A DNA stretch of 32,000 bases from Cuniculiplasma divulgatum (lineage in GTDB: Archaea; Thermoplasmatota; Thermoplasmata; Thermoplasmatales; Thermoplasmataceae). Below are positions 24,742 to 32,000 of the stretch, in pieces; positions within the stretch are counted from its first letter, which is position 1, and each line of letters starts with the position of its first letter. The stretch lies in NCBI RefSeq assembly GCF_900083515.1, contig NZ_LT671858.1:1650001-1682000 (forward strand), given 5' to 3'. Made by a program: the position numbers and the translations under genes. The notes beneath the pieces are model-generated. The model did not search any database. It saw nothing but the letters and a program-made list of their open reading frames with translations, and was not told where the DNA came from.

Positions 24742-25985
24742 CAGAGAAACACCCCCAATTCCTCCCTTTCGATCAGTTCACCGCGCATATTTTTTCTCAT
24801 CATGGTTTCAAATTCTTCTTCCTCATAATTACCCAGAACATGCATCATCTTGACATAGGCAGTTTCTGGTAGTATGTTTCCCACTGATATTATGCCTGCC
24901 TTTTTCATTTCCCTTCCTGTTGAATATATGTCAAGATTCGTTGTTCCAAAGATGCATTGAGTTGTTATTACAGCCTTCATTCCATCTTTCACCCTTTCAC
25001 TGATGGACTCTAAAAATTTTGTTGCAATGTGTCCAAGTCCGGTTCCCATGAGAATTATTCCTTTCTTACCATCCATTGATTTTGCAAGTTCTTCATGCGT
25101 TAAACCTGGATACATGTAAATTATGGATACCCTCTTTTCTAGATTCGTTTTTAATTTATTTTCATTTTTTTTCCGCCTGTATGATCCATTCAGATTGACC
25201 AGACCTTCCTGGAATGACCCTATGGGTTGTTCACCTATTGCCTTGAATGCATCCCTCCTCGTTGAATGCATTTTTCTTGATCTGGTTCCCCTTATCAGGT
25301 CTATCCTTTCGTCTGATGTGTTGTGGTGCATTGAAATTCCAACCTCTCCGAAATCTGTGGTTGCAAAATCAACTGCAGCCTCAAGGTTCAGGTATGAATC
25401 GCTGCTTGGCCTATCGGAGCTTCTCTGTGATCCTACCAGTACTATGGGTCCGGTCTGTTCTTCAAACATGAATGCAAGTGCTGATGCTGTGTATGACATT
25501 GTATCAGTTCCGTGTGATATTACAACGCCCTCTGAATTATTTAATTCACTGCTTGCTCTTTTGGCAAGGCTTATCCACTGATCTGGTTCCATGTTCTCAC
25601 TTAGAATATTTGAGAAATCCACCCTCTTCAGCCTGTATTTGTTTTCCATATACCTGAATTTGGATGTTAGTTCTCCTATGTCAAGAGATGGAAAAACCGC
25701 ACCTGTTTTATAATCCACCCTGCTCACTATGGTTCCTCCCGTAGTGATAAGTGAAATAGGTTTACCTGTTCCAGACTCTCTCGCCTCTTCTCCTTTACTT
25801 AACGCCTGAATCTTGCCTTTTTTTAAAACAGTAAACGAATCGATCTTAACAGAAATATTATAACCATTTTCCAGTTTAATATTGAAAAAATCATTATCCA
25901 TTGATATAAGGGTTCCGGTCATTTCCCTTCCCCTCCAGCTAAATTTAATTGTGTCACCCATTTGAGGTTTCCTTGAATCTGGCAT
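24741..25985 (-). CDS. gatD: Glutamyl-tRNA(Gln) amidotransferase subunit D (asparaginase-like)
   Basis: 414 aa with asparaginase-family motifs ISLITTGGTI and VVISHGTDTM, and the N-terminal AD1-type domain typical of GatD. Confidence 0.94.
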   Translation of the reverse strand: MPDSRKPQMGDTIKFSWRGREMTGTLISMDNDFFNIKLENGYNISVKIDSFTVLKKGKIQALSKGEEARESGTGKPISLITTGGTIVSRVDYKTGAVFPSLDIGELTSKFRYMENKYRLKRVDFSNILSENMEPDQWISLAKRASSELNNSEGVVISHGTDTMSYTASALAFMFEEQTGPIVLVGSQRSSDRPSSDSYLNLEAAVDFATTDFGEVGISMHHNTSDERIDLIRGTRSRKMHSTRRDAFKAIGEQPIGSFQEGLVNLNGSYRRKKNENKLKTNLEKRVSIIYMYPGLTHEELAKSMDGKKGIILMGTGLGHIATKFLESISERVKDGMKAVITTQCIFGTTNLDIYSTGREMKKAGIISVGNILPETAYVKMMHVLGNYEEEEFETMMRKNMRGELIEREELGVFL

Positions 25986-26018
25986 GATTCATTATGTTTG
26001 ATTCTTATTTTAATTTTT

Positions 26019-26050
26019 AAAAAAAATATGAATTTACTAGAGAAGTAAAT
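26019..26050 (-). terminator. Weak AT hairpin (ATTTACT-5 nt-AGTAAAT) followed by T8 on the minus strand, downstream of the DUF72 gene
   Basis: The minus strand reads atttact-tctct-agtaaat-tcata-tttttttt, starting 31 nt after the DUF72 stop. The same AT-rich stretch probably also carries the gatD promoter. Confidence 0.4.
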
Positions 26051-26080
26051 CCATACTACTTTAGAAGACTCTTTATAGAC

Positions 26081-26869
26081 TCACAAAAGTCTACTCATTT
26101 TATTTATTCCAAGCATGTTTCCAAGTTCCATTGCATTTAGAGGGGCATTTCCGTTAGGATGGTTATTAAAAAATATGAAAATTTCATTAAATTGCTTCTC
26201 GTATCTCATTATTTCATCCTTTATTTCAAGCAATTCCTTTTGATTGTATGCATAATTGAATTTTTCCATTCCTGATTCTTTTTCTGAAAATGCGGGGTTC
26301 CTTCCGTGAAGTCTTATGTAAACGCTTCCTTCATTTGAAATGTTTAACCTCAACGGATTGATATAATTGTCTGTGAAAGATATACTAAATCCGGCATTTT
26401 CAATCAATTTTTGTATTTCAGGGAAATCTTTCTCTTCCAATATCCTTGGCTCGCAGTATATATTGCTTTCATTAAATGTGATTTCTGACATGCTTACGAG
26501 ATATTCCTCCAGGTTGTGATTTGATATCCATGGTGGCAGTGTGAATAGAAATTTTGATTCCTGATCTCTTTTTCTGGCTGGATTCATTACGTTTTTGATG
26601 AACAGATCCATACTCTTTTTCCTGTCACTAATTTCTCCAAAGTGACTTATTGATGAATGGATTTTAATTGATACCTTTATATCTTTATGAATTTTCCGGA
26701 TTGAATTTTCAAATGTTTCCTTTGGAGGAATTGAGTAATATGTTGAATCTATTTCCAGTGCGTTGAAAAAATTTGTGTAGTAGTTGATTGATGGCCTTGT
26801 TCCTTCTGGATAGAATTTGCCCACCCATTCCCTGTATGCCCATCCACATGTTCCAAGAAATATTTTCAA
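26081..26869 (-). CDS. DUF72 (UPF0759) family protein
   Basis: 262 aa. (M)KIFLGTCGWAYREWVGKFYPEG...YYTNFFNALEIDSTYYS...IRLHGRN is the DUF72 pattern. The start must be TTG at 26869 (an in-frame stop lies 2 codons upstream and the next ATG is about 85 codons in). It forms a TTGA overlap with the ACAD stop. Confidence 0.85.
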   Translation of the reverse strand: MKIFLGTCGWAYREWVGKFYPEGTRPSINYYTNFFNALEIDSTYYSIPPKETFENSIRKIHKDIKVSIKIHSSISHFGEISDRKKSMDLFIKNVMNPARKRDQESKFLFTLPPWISNHNLEEYLVSMSEITFNESNIYCEPRILEEKDFPEIQKLIENAGFSISFTDNYINPLRLNISNEGSVYIRLHGRNPAFSEKESGMEKFNYAYNQKELLEIKDEIMRYEKQFNEIFIFFNNHPNGNAPLNAMELGNMLGINKMSRLL

Positions 26870-28011
26870 GGATTAAGTTCCCTCATTACTTCCCTGGCAA
26901 TTATTACTCTCTGAATCTGGTTTGTGCCCTCATATATCTGAGTTATTTTTGCATCTCTCATGTGCCTTTCCGCATCCAGATCTGTTGTGTATCCATATCC
27001 CCCGAAGATCTGAAGTGAATCAGTGGCTATCCGGTTTGCTGCATCAGAAGCGTAGAGCTTTGCCATGGAAGATTCCTTTATGCATGGTTCATGTTTGTCC
27101 CATCTTTCCGCCGCATTGTAAGTCAACAGTTTAGCTGCTTCAATTTCAGTGGCCATATCGGATATCATAAACTGTATTCCTTCCATATTTGATATATTCT
27201 GGCCAAACTGTTTCCTTTGCTGTGAGTAAATAACTGCCTCTTCAAAGGCTGACTCTGCTATGCCAAGGGCCTGAGCTGCAATACCTATCCTTCCTGCATC
27301 AAGGGTTTCCATCACCACCTTAAATCCCTCGTTCAATTTACCTACAATATTTGATTCTGGAACCCTTACATTTTCAAATATGAGTTCAACTGTTGATGAA
27401 CCTCTTATGCCCATTTTATGGATATCCCTGCTAATCTTGAATCCAGGAGCGTCTGAGTCAACTACGAATGTTGTTATTCCCCTGTGACCTTTGGATGGGT
27501 CTGTAACAACATCAACGACGAAAAATTTAGCAAGTCTTCCATTTGAAATAAAAATCTTGGTTCCATTTATTACATAATCATTTCCATCCTTAACCGCAGA
27601 GGTTTTAATGGCTGCTGCATCGCTACCTGCTCCCGGTTCAGTAAGGGCCAGTCCCCCTATTTCACCCTCAGCTACCCTTTTTAAATATTTTTTCTTTAGA
27701 TCTTCCGACCCGAACATCAGAACAGGCTCACCAAATAATGTTAAGGCGCCATCAAGAACTAATGAAGTGCTTGGACAGGCTTTTGATATGATTTCTATTG
27801 CTCTAATCAGGAAGCTAAAACTCATCCCATATCCACCATATTCTTTTGGGATGTAACTCGCAAATAACCCAAGTTCCTTCATTCTATCAATAAGTTTCCG
27901 TGGAACCTCCTCTTTTAGATCTATATCTCTTGCAAGTGGTTTTACCTCTTCATTGGCGAATCTCTTTATGTATTCAAGAACATCCTTTTCCTCTTCCCTT
28001 AATTCACTCAT
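26866..28011 (-). CDS. Acyl-CoA dehydrogenase (short/medium-chain type)
   Basis: 381 aa with GLALTEPGAGSDAAAIKT, GTKIFISNG, ETLDAGRIGIAAQALGIA, QFGQ and the C-terminal QIFGGYGYT...RDAKITQIYEGTNQIQR, the catalytic Glu region of the ACAD family. Confidence 0.93.
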   Translation of the reverse strand: MSELREEEKDVLEYIKRFANEEVKPLARDIDLKEEVPRKLIDRMKELGLFASYIPKEYGGYGMSFSFLIRAIEIISKACPSTSLVLDGALTLFGEPVLMFGSEDLKKKYLKRVAEGEIGGLALTEPGAGSDAAAIKTSAVKDGNDYVINGTKIFISNGRLAKFFVVDVVTDPSKGHRGITTFVVDSDAPGFKISRDIHKMGIRGSSTVELIFENVRVPESNIVGKLNEGFKVVMETLDAGRIGIAAQALGIAESAFEEAVIYSQQRKQFGQNISNMEGIQFMISDMATEIEAAKLLTYNAAERWDKHEPCIKESSMAKLYASDAANRIATDSLQIFGGYGYTTDLDAERHMRDAKITQIYEGTNQIQRVIIAREVMRELNP

Positions 28012-28142
28012 ACCCTAGTAATGTTATTTCAGATATTATTTTTTGGTGGAATTTAATATGACCTTATATTTTTCAGATTTCACATTTTTGAAGTATGAAT
28101 TTTTCAATGTAAGAAACAACAAAATAAACTGGTATGAACGGT

Positions 28143-28718
28143 TTAAATAGGTATTCTATTTTTACTTTTTTTGAAGATCAGGGAAAGCAATCCTATAATA
28201 ACTAAGCCATCAAGGATTTCAAAATAGTTCAATACTGAAAACCCTTCCTGATTCATAATTATAGTATTCTCCTTTCCTGAAAGCGTGCTATTAAGAAAAT
28301 CAGATTTGTTGTAATAGTCAAATATAGTTACCGCATCAATTTTGTACCTCCCAATTCCAAGTTTTATATTTTTACCATAAAATTCCTTATTAGTAATTGT
28401 AAAATTATAGAATTTAACCAAACCAGATGCAGTATCACCCTTCAAGCCACATATTTTTATAGACTCTATAATATTGGCTCCTTTTTGAGATGTACTGTTA
28501 TAAACAAAATTGTTGAAAATGTATAGTTTTGCCATTCCAGTATAGTCAGAAAAGGTTGAAGTGCTAAAAATTTCACCACACAGATTTTTTGTGTTTAGTG
28601 TTTTACATGAATTTGCCTCGAAACGAATTTCGTTTCTCTGATAGGGAGATGCGGAAAATATCAACATGATTATTAATAAAGAAGAAAGAATTACAACCAT
28701 CCTTGTATATTTTATCAT
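28143..28718 (-). CDS. Hypothetical membrane-anchored extracytoplasmic protein (N-terminal signal/anchor plus C-terminal TM and basic tail), last gene of the ABC cluster
   Basis: N-terminus MIKYTRMVVILSSLLIIMLIFSASP and C-terminus GLVIIGLLSLIFKKSKNR. N-x-S/T sequons NST, NFT, NKS and NST. The ATG at 28718 has GGTGA 7 nt upstream; the track's GTG start is at 28736. No family recognised. Confidence 0.6.
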   Translation of the reverse strand: MIKYTRMVVILSSLLIIMLIFSASPYQRNEIRFEANSCKTLNTKNLCGEIFSTSTFSDYTGMAKLYIFNNFVYNSTSQKGANIIESIKICGLKGDTASGLVKFYNFTITNKEFYGKNIKLGIGRYKIDAVTIFDYYNKSDFLNSTLSGKENTIIMNQEGFSVLNYFEILDGLVIIGLLSLIFKKSKNRIPI

Positions 28719-28725
28719 TCTTGAT

Positions 28726-29421
28726 TCACCTTCCACTCTTTAGTCCAAAATTTAGCAACAACCTACTTGAAATCACAACCATTAATATTGAAACTACCAA
28801 TACTACAATAGACTCTATAAGTATGTAGAAAGGATCGATTGAAGATAAATTTAGGTGAAAGTACAATTCTAACTCTATATCGGCTTTATTTTTTGAATTC
28901 CCCGCTATACTAATAGCCTCATACGCAGCAAAAAGTACACCCATTGAAGCGATTCCATCCCTTACAAATACACCTATTATTCTTCCCGCTGCAATAAAAA
29001 GTGAGATCACAGCAACTGAAGCAATCCAGTATAAAACAACATCTTCAACTGGAATGTAGAAGAATTTGATATATAATAAAAGAGATATTTCAATTATTAT
29101 GGCAGAGGGTAATATTATAATATCTATAAAATGGCTTACAAGTAGTGTTGTCATTCTTTTCAAAGGTGCAGTGAACAGGTATCCGAAAACGCCAGATTCT
29201 ATGTTTCTTCCATAAAAATATGACTTTATAAGAGCATAAGCTAATATAGGATAGAAAGCAAAAGACATTGAATTATATAAAAAATATCTATATCCAAAGC
29301 TAACAGCTGAGTATCCTATTATAAGAGATGAAATTAAAATAATTAATTCCTGTACGTGATACTGATTTGAGAGATAGTCAGAAATCCTTATATTAGGGTT
29401 TCTGAACATATGAAAATTCAT
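28726..29421 (-). CDS. Polytopic membrane protein, probable ABC-2-type permease partner of the adjacent ATPase
   Basis: 231 aa with about 6 hydrophobic helices. It overlaps the ATPase gene's 3' end. An alternative ATG lies at 29409. The assignment rests on position and topology only. Confidence 0.6.
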   Translation of the reverse strand: MNFHMFRNPNIRISDYLSNQYHVQELIILISSLIIGYSAVSFGYRYFLYNSMSFAFYPILAYALIKSYFYGRNIESGVFGYLFTAPLKRMTTLLVSHFIDIIILPSAIIIEISLLLYIKFFYIPVEDVVLYWIASVAVISLFIAAGRIIGVFVRDGIASMGVLFAAYEAISIAGNSKNKADIELELYFHLNLSSIDPFYILIESIVVLVVSILMVVISSRLLLNFGLKSGR

Positions 29422-30271
29422 CCTCCATGACTCTTGGAACTGGTATGATGCTCATTATGCTGGCAACCTGATCTGCATTAATTGACGAAATGAAATTTTT
29501 GAAATCTTCATCTCTTATCAAAATATTGTTCCTGATAATTTTATACACTAACTTTCCCTCAATTTTCTTCACTATCTGATCTATTTCCCTAAGTTTTATG
29601 GAAAATAGATTTTCTCCAATTCCTGTTTTTATTGGTATTGGTCCTATTATTTTTTCTGGTCTAAAAATCACTATATTTTCAGCAATTGGAAGCAAATCAT
29701 CAAGAATATGGCTTACTATGATGAATGACAGATCATTTTCATGTCTAAGTCTCTGAATAATGTTGGCCAGAATATTCCTGTTTTCCAGATCTATGTTTGA
29801 ATTTGGCTCATCCAGTACAAAGAATTTACATTCAGTAGAGAGGCAAATGGACATGGATATAAGTTGGGTTTCACCCATGCTAAGGTATTTAGTTCTGGCT
29901 CTCTTTAAGCCGTAAACTCCTAACTCTTCCATTATCATTTTTAATCTTTCAAAATTAATCTTTCTCAATCCAGAATAAAACTCGATCCAGTCCATTACAG
30001 TAAACCCACCTATGGGAAGCGGTCTTTCAGGCAAAAAAGAGACGTCCCTAAAAGCAAGATCTGGATTATAATACGGAAGATGTCCCCCAACCTTTACTTC
30101 ATCTTTTCCCTCTATCTTGGCCAATCCTTCTATGACAGAAATGAGTGAACTCTTTCCTACGCCATTGTGACCTATTATTATTGTAATCCCATCTACAATT
30201 GACACATTAAGATCAGAGAGAGATCTATTCTTAGCATAACTTACCTTTACATGATTTACTTCAAATTTCAT
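29393..30271 (-). CDS. ABC transporter ATP-binding protein (divergent, with an extra C-terminal domain of about 90 aa)
   Basis: Walker A GHNGVGKSS, signature LSMGETQ, Walker B FFVLDEP and H-loop IIVSHIL. The Q-loop position reads FLPERP. GGAGG lies 8 nt before the ATG. ATGA overlap with the upstream gene. Confidence 0.85.
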   Translation of the reverse strand: MKFEVNHVKVSYAKNRSLSDLNVSIVDGITIIIGHNGVGKSSLISVIEGLAKIEGKDEVKVGGHLPYYNPDLAFRDVSFLPERPLPIGGFTVMDWIEFYSGLRKINFERLKMIMEELGVYGLKRARTKYLSMGETQLISMSICLSTECKFFVLDEPNSNIDLENRNILANIIQRLRHENDLSFIIVSHILDDLLPIAENIVIFRPEKIIGPIPIKTGIGENLFSIKLREIDQIVKKIEGKLVYKIIRNNILIRDEDFKNFISSINADQVASIMSIIPVPRVMEDEFSYVQKP

Positions 30272-31152
30272 TGATTTATCCTCCTTCTAATCCTCTTTCT
30301 TACATGTCTTACTGTTAGAACTAAGAATAAGACTCCCACTATCCATATGGCAGCTATAAGATTTATATTCTCAATAAGATAATAAGTATAGTCTAAATTA
30401 AACTTGACATTTGTTCTTGTTAGAGATATGGTAAAATCGCATATAACTTGATCTTTTGTTCCGAGTAATTTATTTGCGAGGGAAAAATTTCCTCCCTGCA
30501 TAACCATATCTGATAAAACGTAATAAGAGCCACTTTGAGACAACCCAACCATACTTTGAGGAAATTCCTGGTAAGCAGAGTGTTGAGATGGATTTTTTAT
30601 TATCGACTCATTATTAATATTTAATGGCACATATAGTCTTTCAATTGCAACTTCTCCATTTATATGAAATACATCTTGAGGCGGTCCAAAATCAACAGTG
30701 TCATCAGAGCAGATGATCTTTCTTGATGCTACTTTCAACAACAGTGAACCGTATTCAAAAAATTGCCCAAATTGGGAAAGATTTCCCATAAAATAACCTA
30801 TTGTGCTACCATTTCTGCTTTGAATACCTGAGATTTTAGACAGTTCAGGTTTTCCTTTTTGACTGCAGCCGTGTATACTTAATGAGTAGCTGTATTTATT
30901 GTTTCCAATGCTAGTTATATTAAGATATGAACAAGGAGTTTCAAGTAAAGTTGTTCCATTTCCATCGTTCTTTAGAATGAATCCACCTATCTGATACGAA
31001 AAATTTGCACCACTACTATCTGGATTAGCCACATAATTGTTTAAAGATGTCTTCTCTATTTCTAGCGGTATAACTGAGATGGTGATTGTAGATATGATAA
31101 GTATGATCAATGTTACAACTATAAAAATTTTAAGTTTCAACCTGAGGTTCAC
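30268..31152 (-). CDS. Hypothetical surface protein with an N-terminal signal/anchor, a sequon-rich ectodomain of about 230 aa, and a C-terminal TM with an Arg-rich tail
   Basis: N-terminus KLKIFIVVTLIILIISTITISVI and C-terminus LIAAIWIVGVLFLVLTVRHVRKRIRRRINQ. Sequons NFS, NGT, NIT, NGS, NLS, NES and NFS, and 4 Cys. GTG start at 31152, 6 nt after the upstream stop. No family recognised. Confidence 0.6.
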   Translation of the reverse strand: MNLRLKLKIFIVVTLIILIISTITISVIPLEIEKTSLNNYVANPDSSGANFSYQIGGFILKNDGNGTTLLETPCSYLNITSIGNNKYSYSLSIHGCSQKGKPELSKISGIQSRNGSTIGYFMGNLSQFGQFFEYGSLLLKVASRKIICSDDTVDFGPPQDVFHINGEVAIERLYVPLNINNESIIKNPSQHSAYQEFPQSMVGLSQSGSYYVLSDMVMQGGNFSLANKLLGTKDQVICDFTISLTRTNVKFNLDYTYYLIENINLIAAIWIVGVLFLVLTVRHVRKRIRRRINQ

Positions 31153-31158
31153 CTGTTA

Positions 31159-31884
31159 CTATTGAGCAAATGATGTTCCTGCCTGTAATACTGTATTTAT
31201 GATACTAGACCAGCTTATTGATGCACCTGATTTGACTGAATATTTTCCTATATCAGATCCGTTTATTCCCCCGTTTCCTATTAGCATATACATTTCTACT
31301 GTGGTACTAGTTTTAGTTACTACGTTTACCGTGTTGAAAAATGTGAATGACCAGATATATAATGTTCCAGTTACCCCATCTTTAGTAATTTGAGTTAAGT
31401 TCATTAAAGTTCCTGTTGAAAGAGATGCTCCACCTGTCAGAATTGGATTAGGGTTAATAGATGCAGAGTTTTCAACCTTAAGCGGGATATTGCAAACTAT
31501 AACTGGATTTTGCCCTGGATATTCATAAACCTTCTTTTCTATAAGGAAAGTTAATTTACCTGTTTCTTTCACACATACTGGTGAATATTGTGGATACGCT
31601 TGAACATAGCAGGTTTGACTAAATTCAATCCCTCCTTGTCTAACTTGCGTTCTACATGTCGGTCCTCTTGATATTGTAGAACAATTGACGTTGGTAGAAG
31701 AGATTGCTGTTTGTTTATTACCACTCGTTGGAGTGTTAATATTTTTGGAGTTTCCAAAGGGCATGGCTATCATTGAAATTATGGCCAGGAAAAATAACCC
31801 CCCCCCAATTACTAATTTTATGTCAGAAAATTTAATTTCTGCATCCATCAGGGTTGAATCCCATGGTTCGTTTATCTTTTTCAT
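31159..31884 (-). CDS. Hypothetical secreted/anchored Ser-Thr-Asn-rich protein, first gene of the ABC cluster; contains a G9 tract
   Basis: 241 aa with an N-terminal hydrophobic segment LVIGGGLFFLAIISMIAMPFG. A Cys-containing region follows (NCS...PTC...QTC...PVC...IVC), then a beta-rich S/T/N/G C-terminal half. No family recognised. Confidence 0.6.
   Translation of the reverse strand: MKKINEPWDSTLMDAEIKFSDIKLVIGGGLFFLAIISMIAMPFGNSKNINTPTSGNKQTAISSTNVNCSTISRGPTCRTQVRQGGIEFSQTCYVQAYPQYSPVCVKETGKLTFLIEKKVYEYPGQNPVIVCNIPLKVENSASINPNPILTGGASLSTGTLMNLTQITKDGVTGTLYIWSFTFFNTVNVVTKTSTTVEMYMLIGNGGINGSDIGKYSVKSGASISWSSIINTVLQAGTSFAQ
31798..31806 (-). repeat. Homopolymeric G9 (C9 on the plus strand) inside the first gene of the ABC cluster
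   Basis: The plus strand reads aataaCCCCCCCCCaatt. The minus strand encodes Gly-Gly-Gly (GGG GGG GGG) in ...KLVIGGGLFF... It is the only G/C run of this length I found in the window. Confidence 0.95.
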
Positions 31885-31906
31885 AAAATCAAATTCTTTT
31901 AATGTT

Positions 31907-31931
31907 ATATAAATATTGCTGATATTTATAT
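31907..31931 (-). promoter_or_regulatory. Perfect 10-bp inverted repeat ATATAAATAT-TGCTG-ATATTTATAT overlapping the presumed TATA box of the ABC-cluster operon
   Basis: It lies 23-47 nt upstream of the ATG at 31884. The proximal arm is at the distance expected for a TATA box of a leaderless or short-leader transcript. Confidence 0.4.
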
Positions 31932-32000
31932 CACACGATTACTTTTGTTCCAAAAATAAAATAAGATAATTGTTTTAATTTAGAACTAAATTTATGAACA

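Noticed and set aside
1-32000. Search by eye for CRISPR arrays, rRNA/tRNA genes, IS elements/transposases, integrases, toxin-antitoxin pairs or known defence genes
   Set aside because: No regularly spaced direct repeats, no GC-rich structured-RNA islands, no transposase/integrase-like ORFs and no terminal inverted repeats were recognised. The only accessory-looking DNA is the ABC/surface-protein cluster at 28.1-31.9 kb.

Overview
This is a low-GC archaeal chromosome segment, almost certainly from a Thermoplasmatales-type euryarchaeon. Supporting evidence: an HU-type HTa chromatin protein, archaeal DnaG, the rps6e-aIF2gamma pair, GatDE, an 11-gene nuoABCDHIJ(split)KLMN operon without nuoEFG, and AT-rich TATA-like boxes about 25 nt upstream of several ATGs. 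Gene density is high, with many 1-4 nt start/stop overlaps.

Layout:
- 1-850: partial MFS transporter (-).
- 1.15-2.77 kb: rps6e-aIF2gamma (+).
- 2.7-8.5 kb: DNA/chromatin genes, namely an EndoIII-related glycosylase, HTa, an EndoIV-like TIM barrel, DnaG and a LonB-like ATPase with no protease domain.
- 8.6-12 kb: a redox/export block with 1-Cys peroxiredoxin, a small acidic ORF, a two-CxxC protein disulfide oxidoreductase, YbjQ and TatA/TatC.
- 28.0 down to 12.0 kb: a 16-kb uninterrupted minus-strand array of acyl-CoA dehydrogenase-DUF72, gatD-gatE, nuoA-N, two coupled small unknown ORFs and a crotonase-fold ORF.
- 28.1-31.9 kb: an AT-richer five-gene minus-strand operon. A divergent ABC ATPase and a polytopic permease sit among three unrecognisable, sequon-rich membrane-anchored proteins. 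The first gene carries a G9 homopolymer and follows a palindromic TATA-overlapping site.

This last cluster is the best candidate for an undescribed system. Secondary candidates are the protease-less, zinc-ribbon LonB-like ATPase next to dnaG and the unknown ORFs coupled to the end of the nuo operon. I recognised no rRNA, tRNA, CRISPR array or IS/transposase. All homology statements come from by-eye motif recognition, not database searches.
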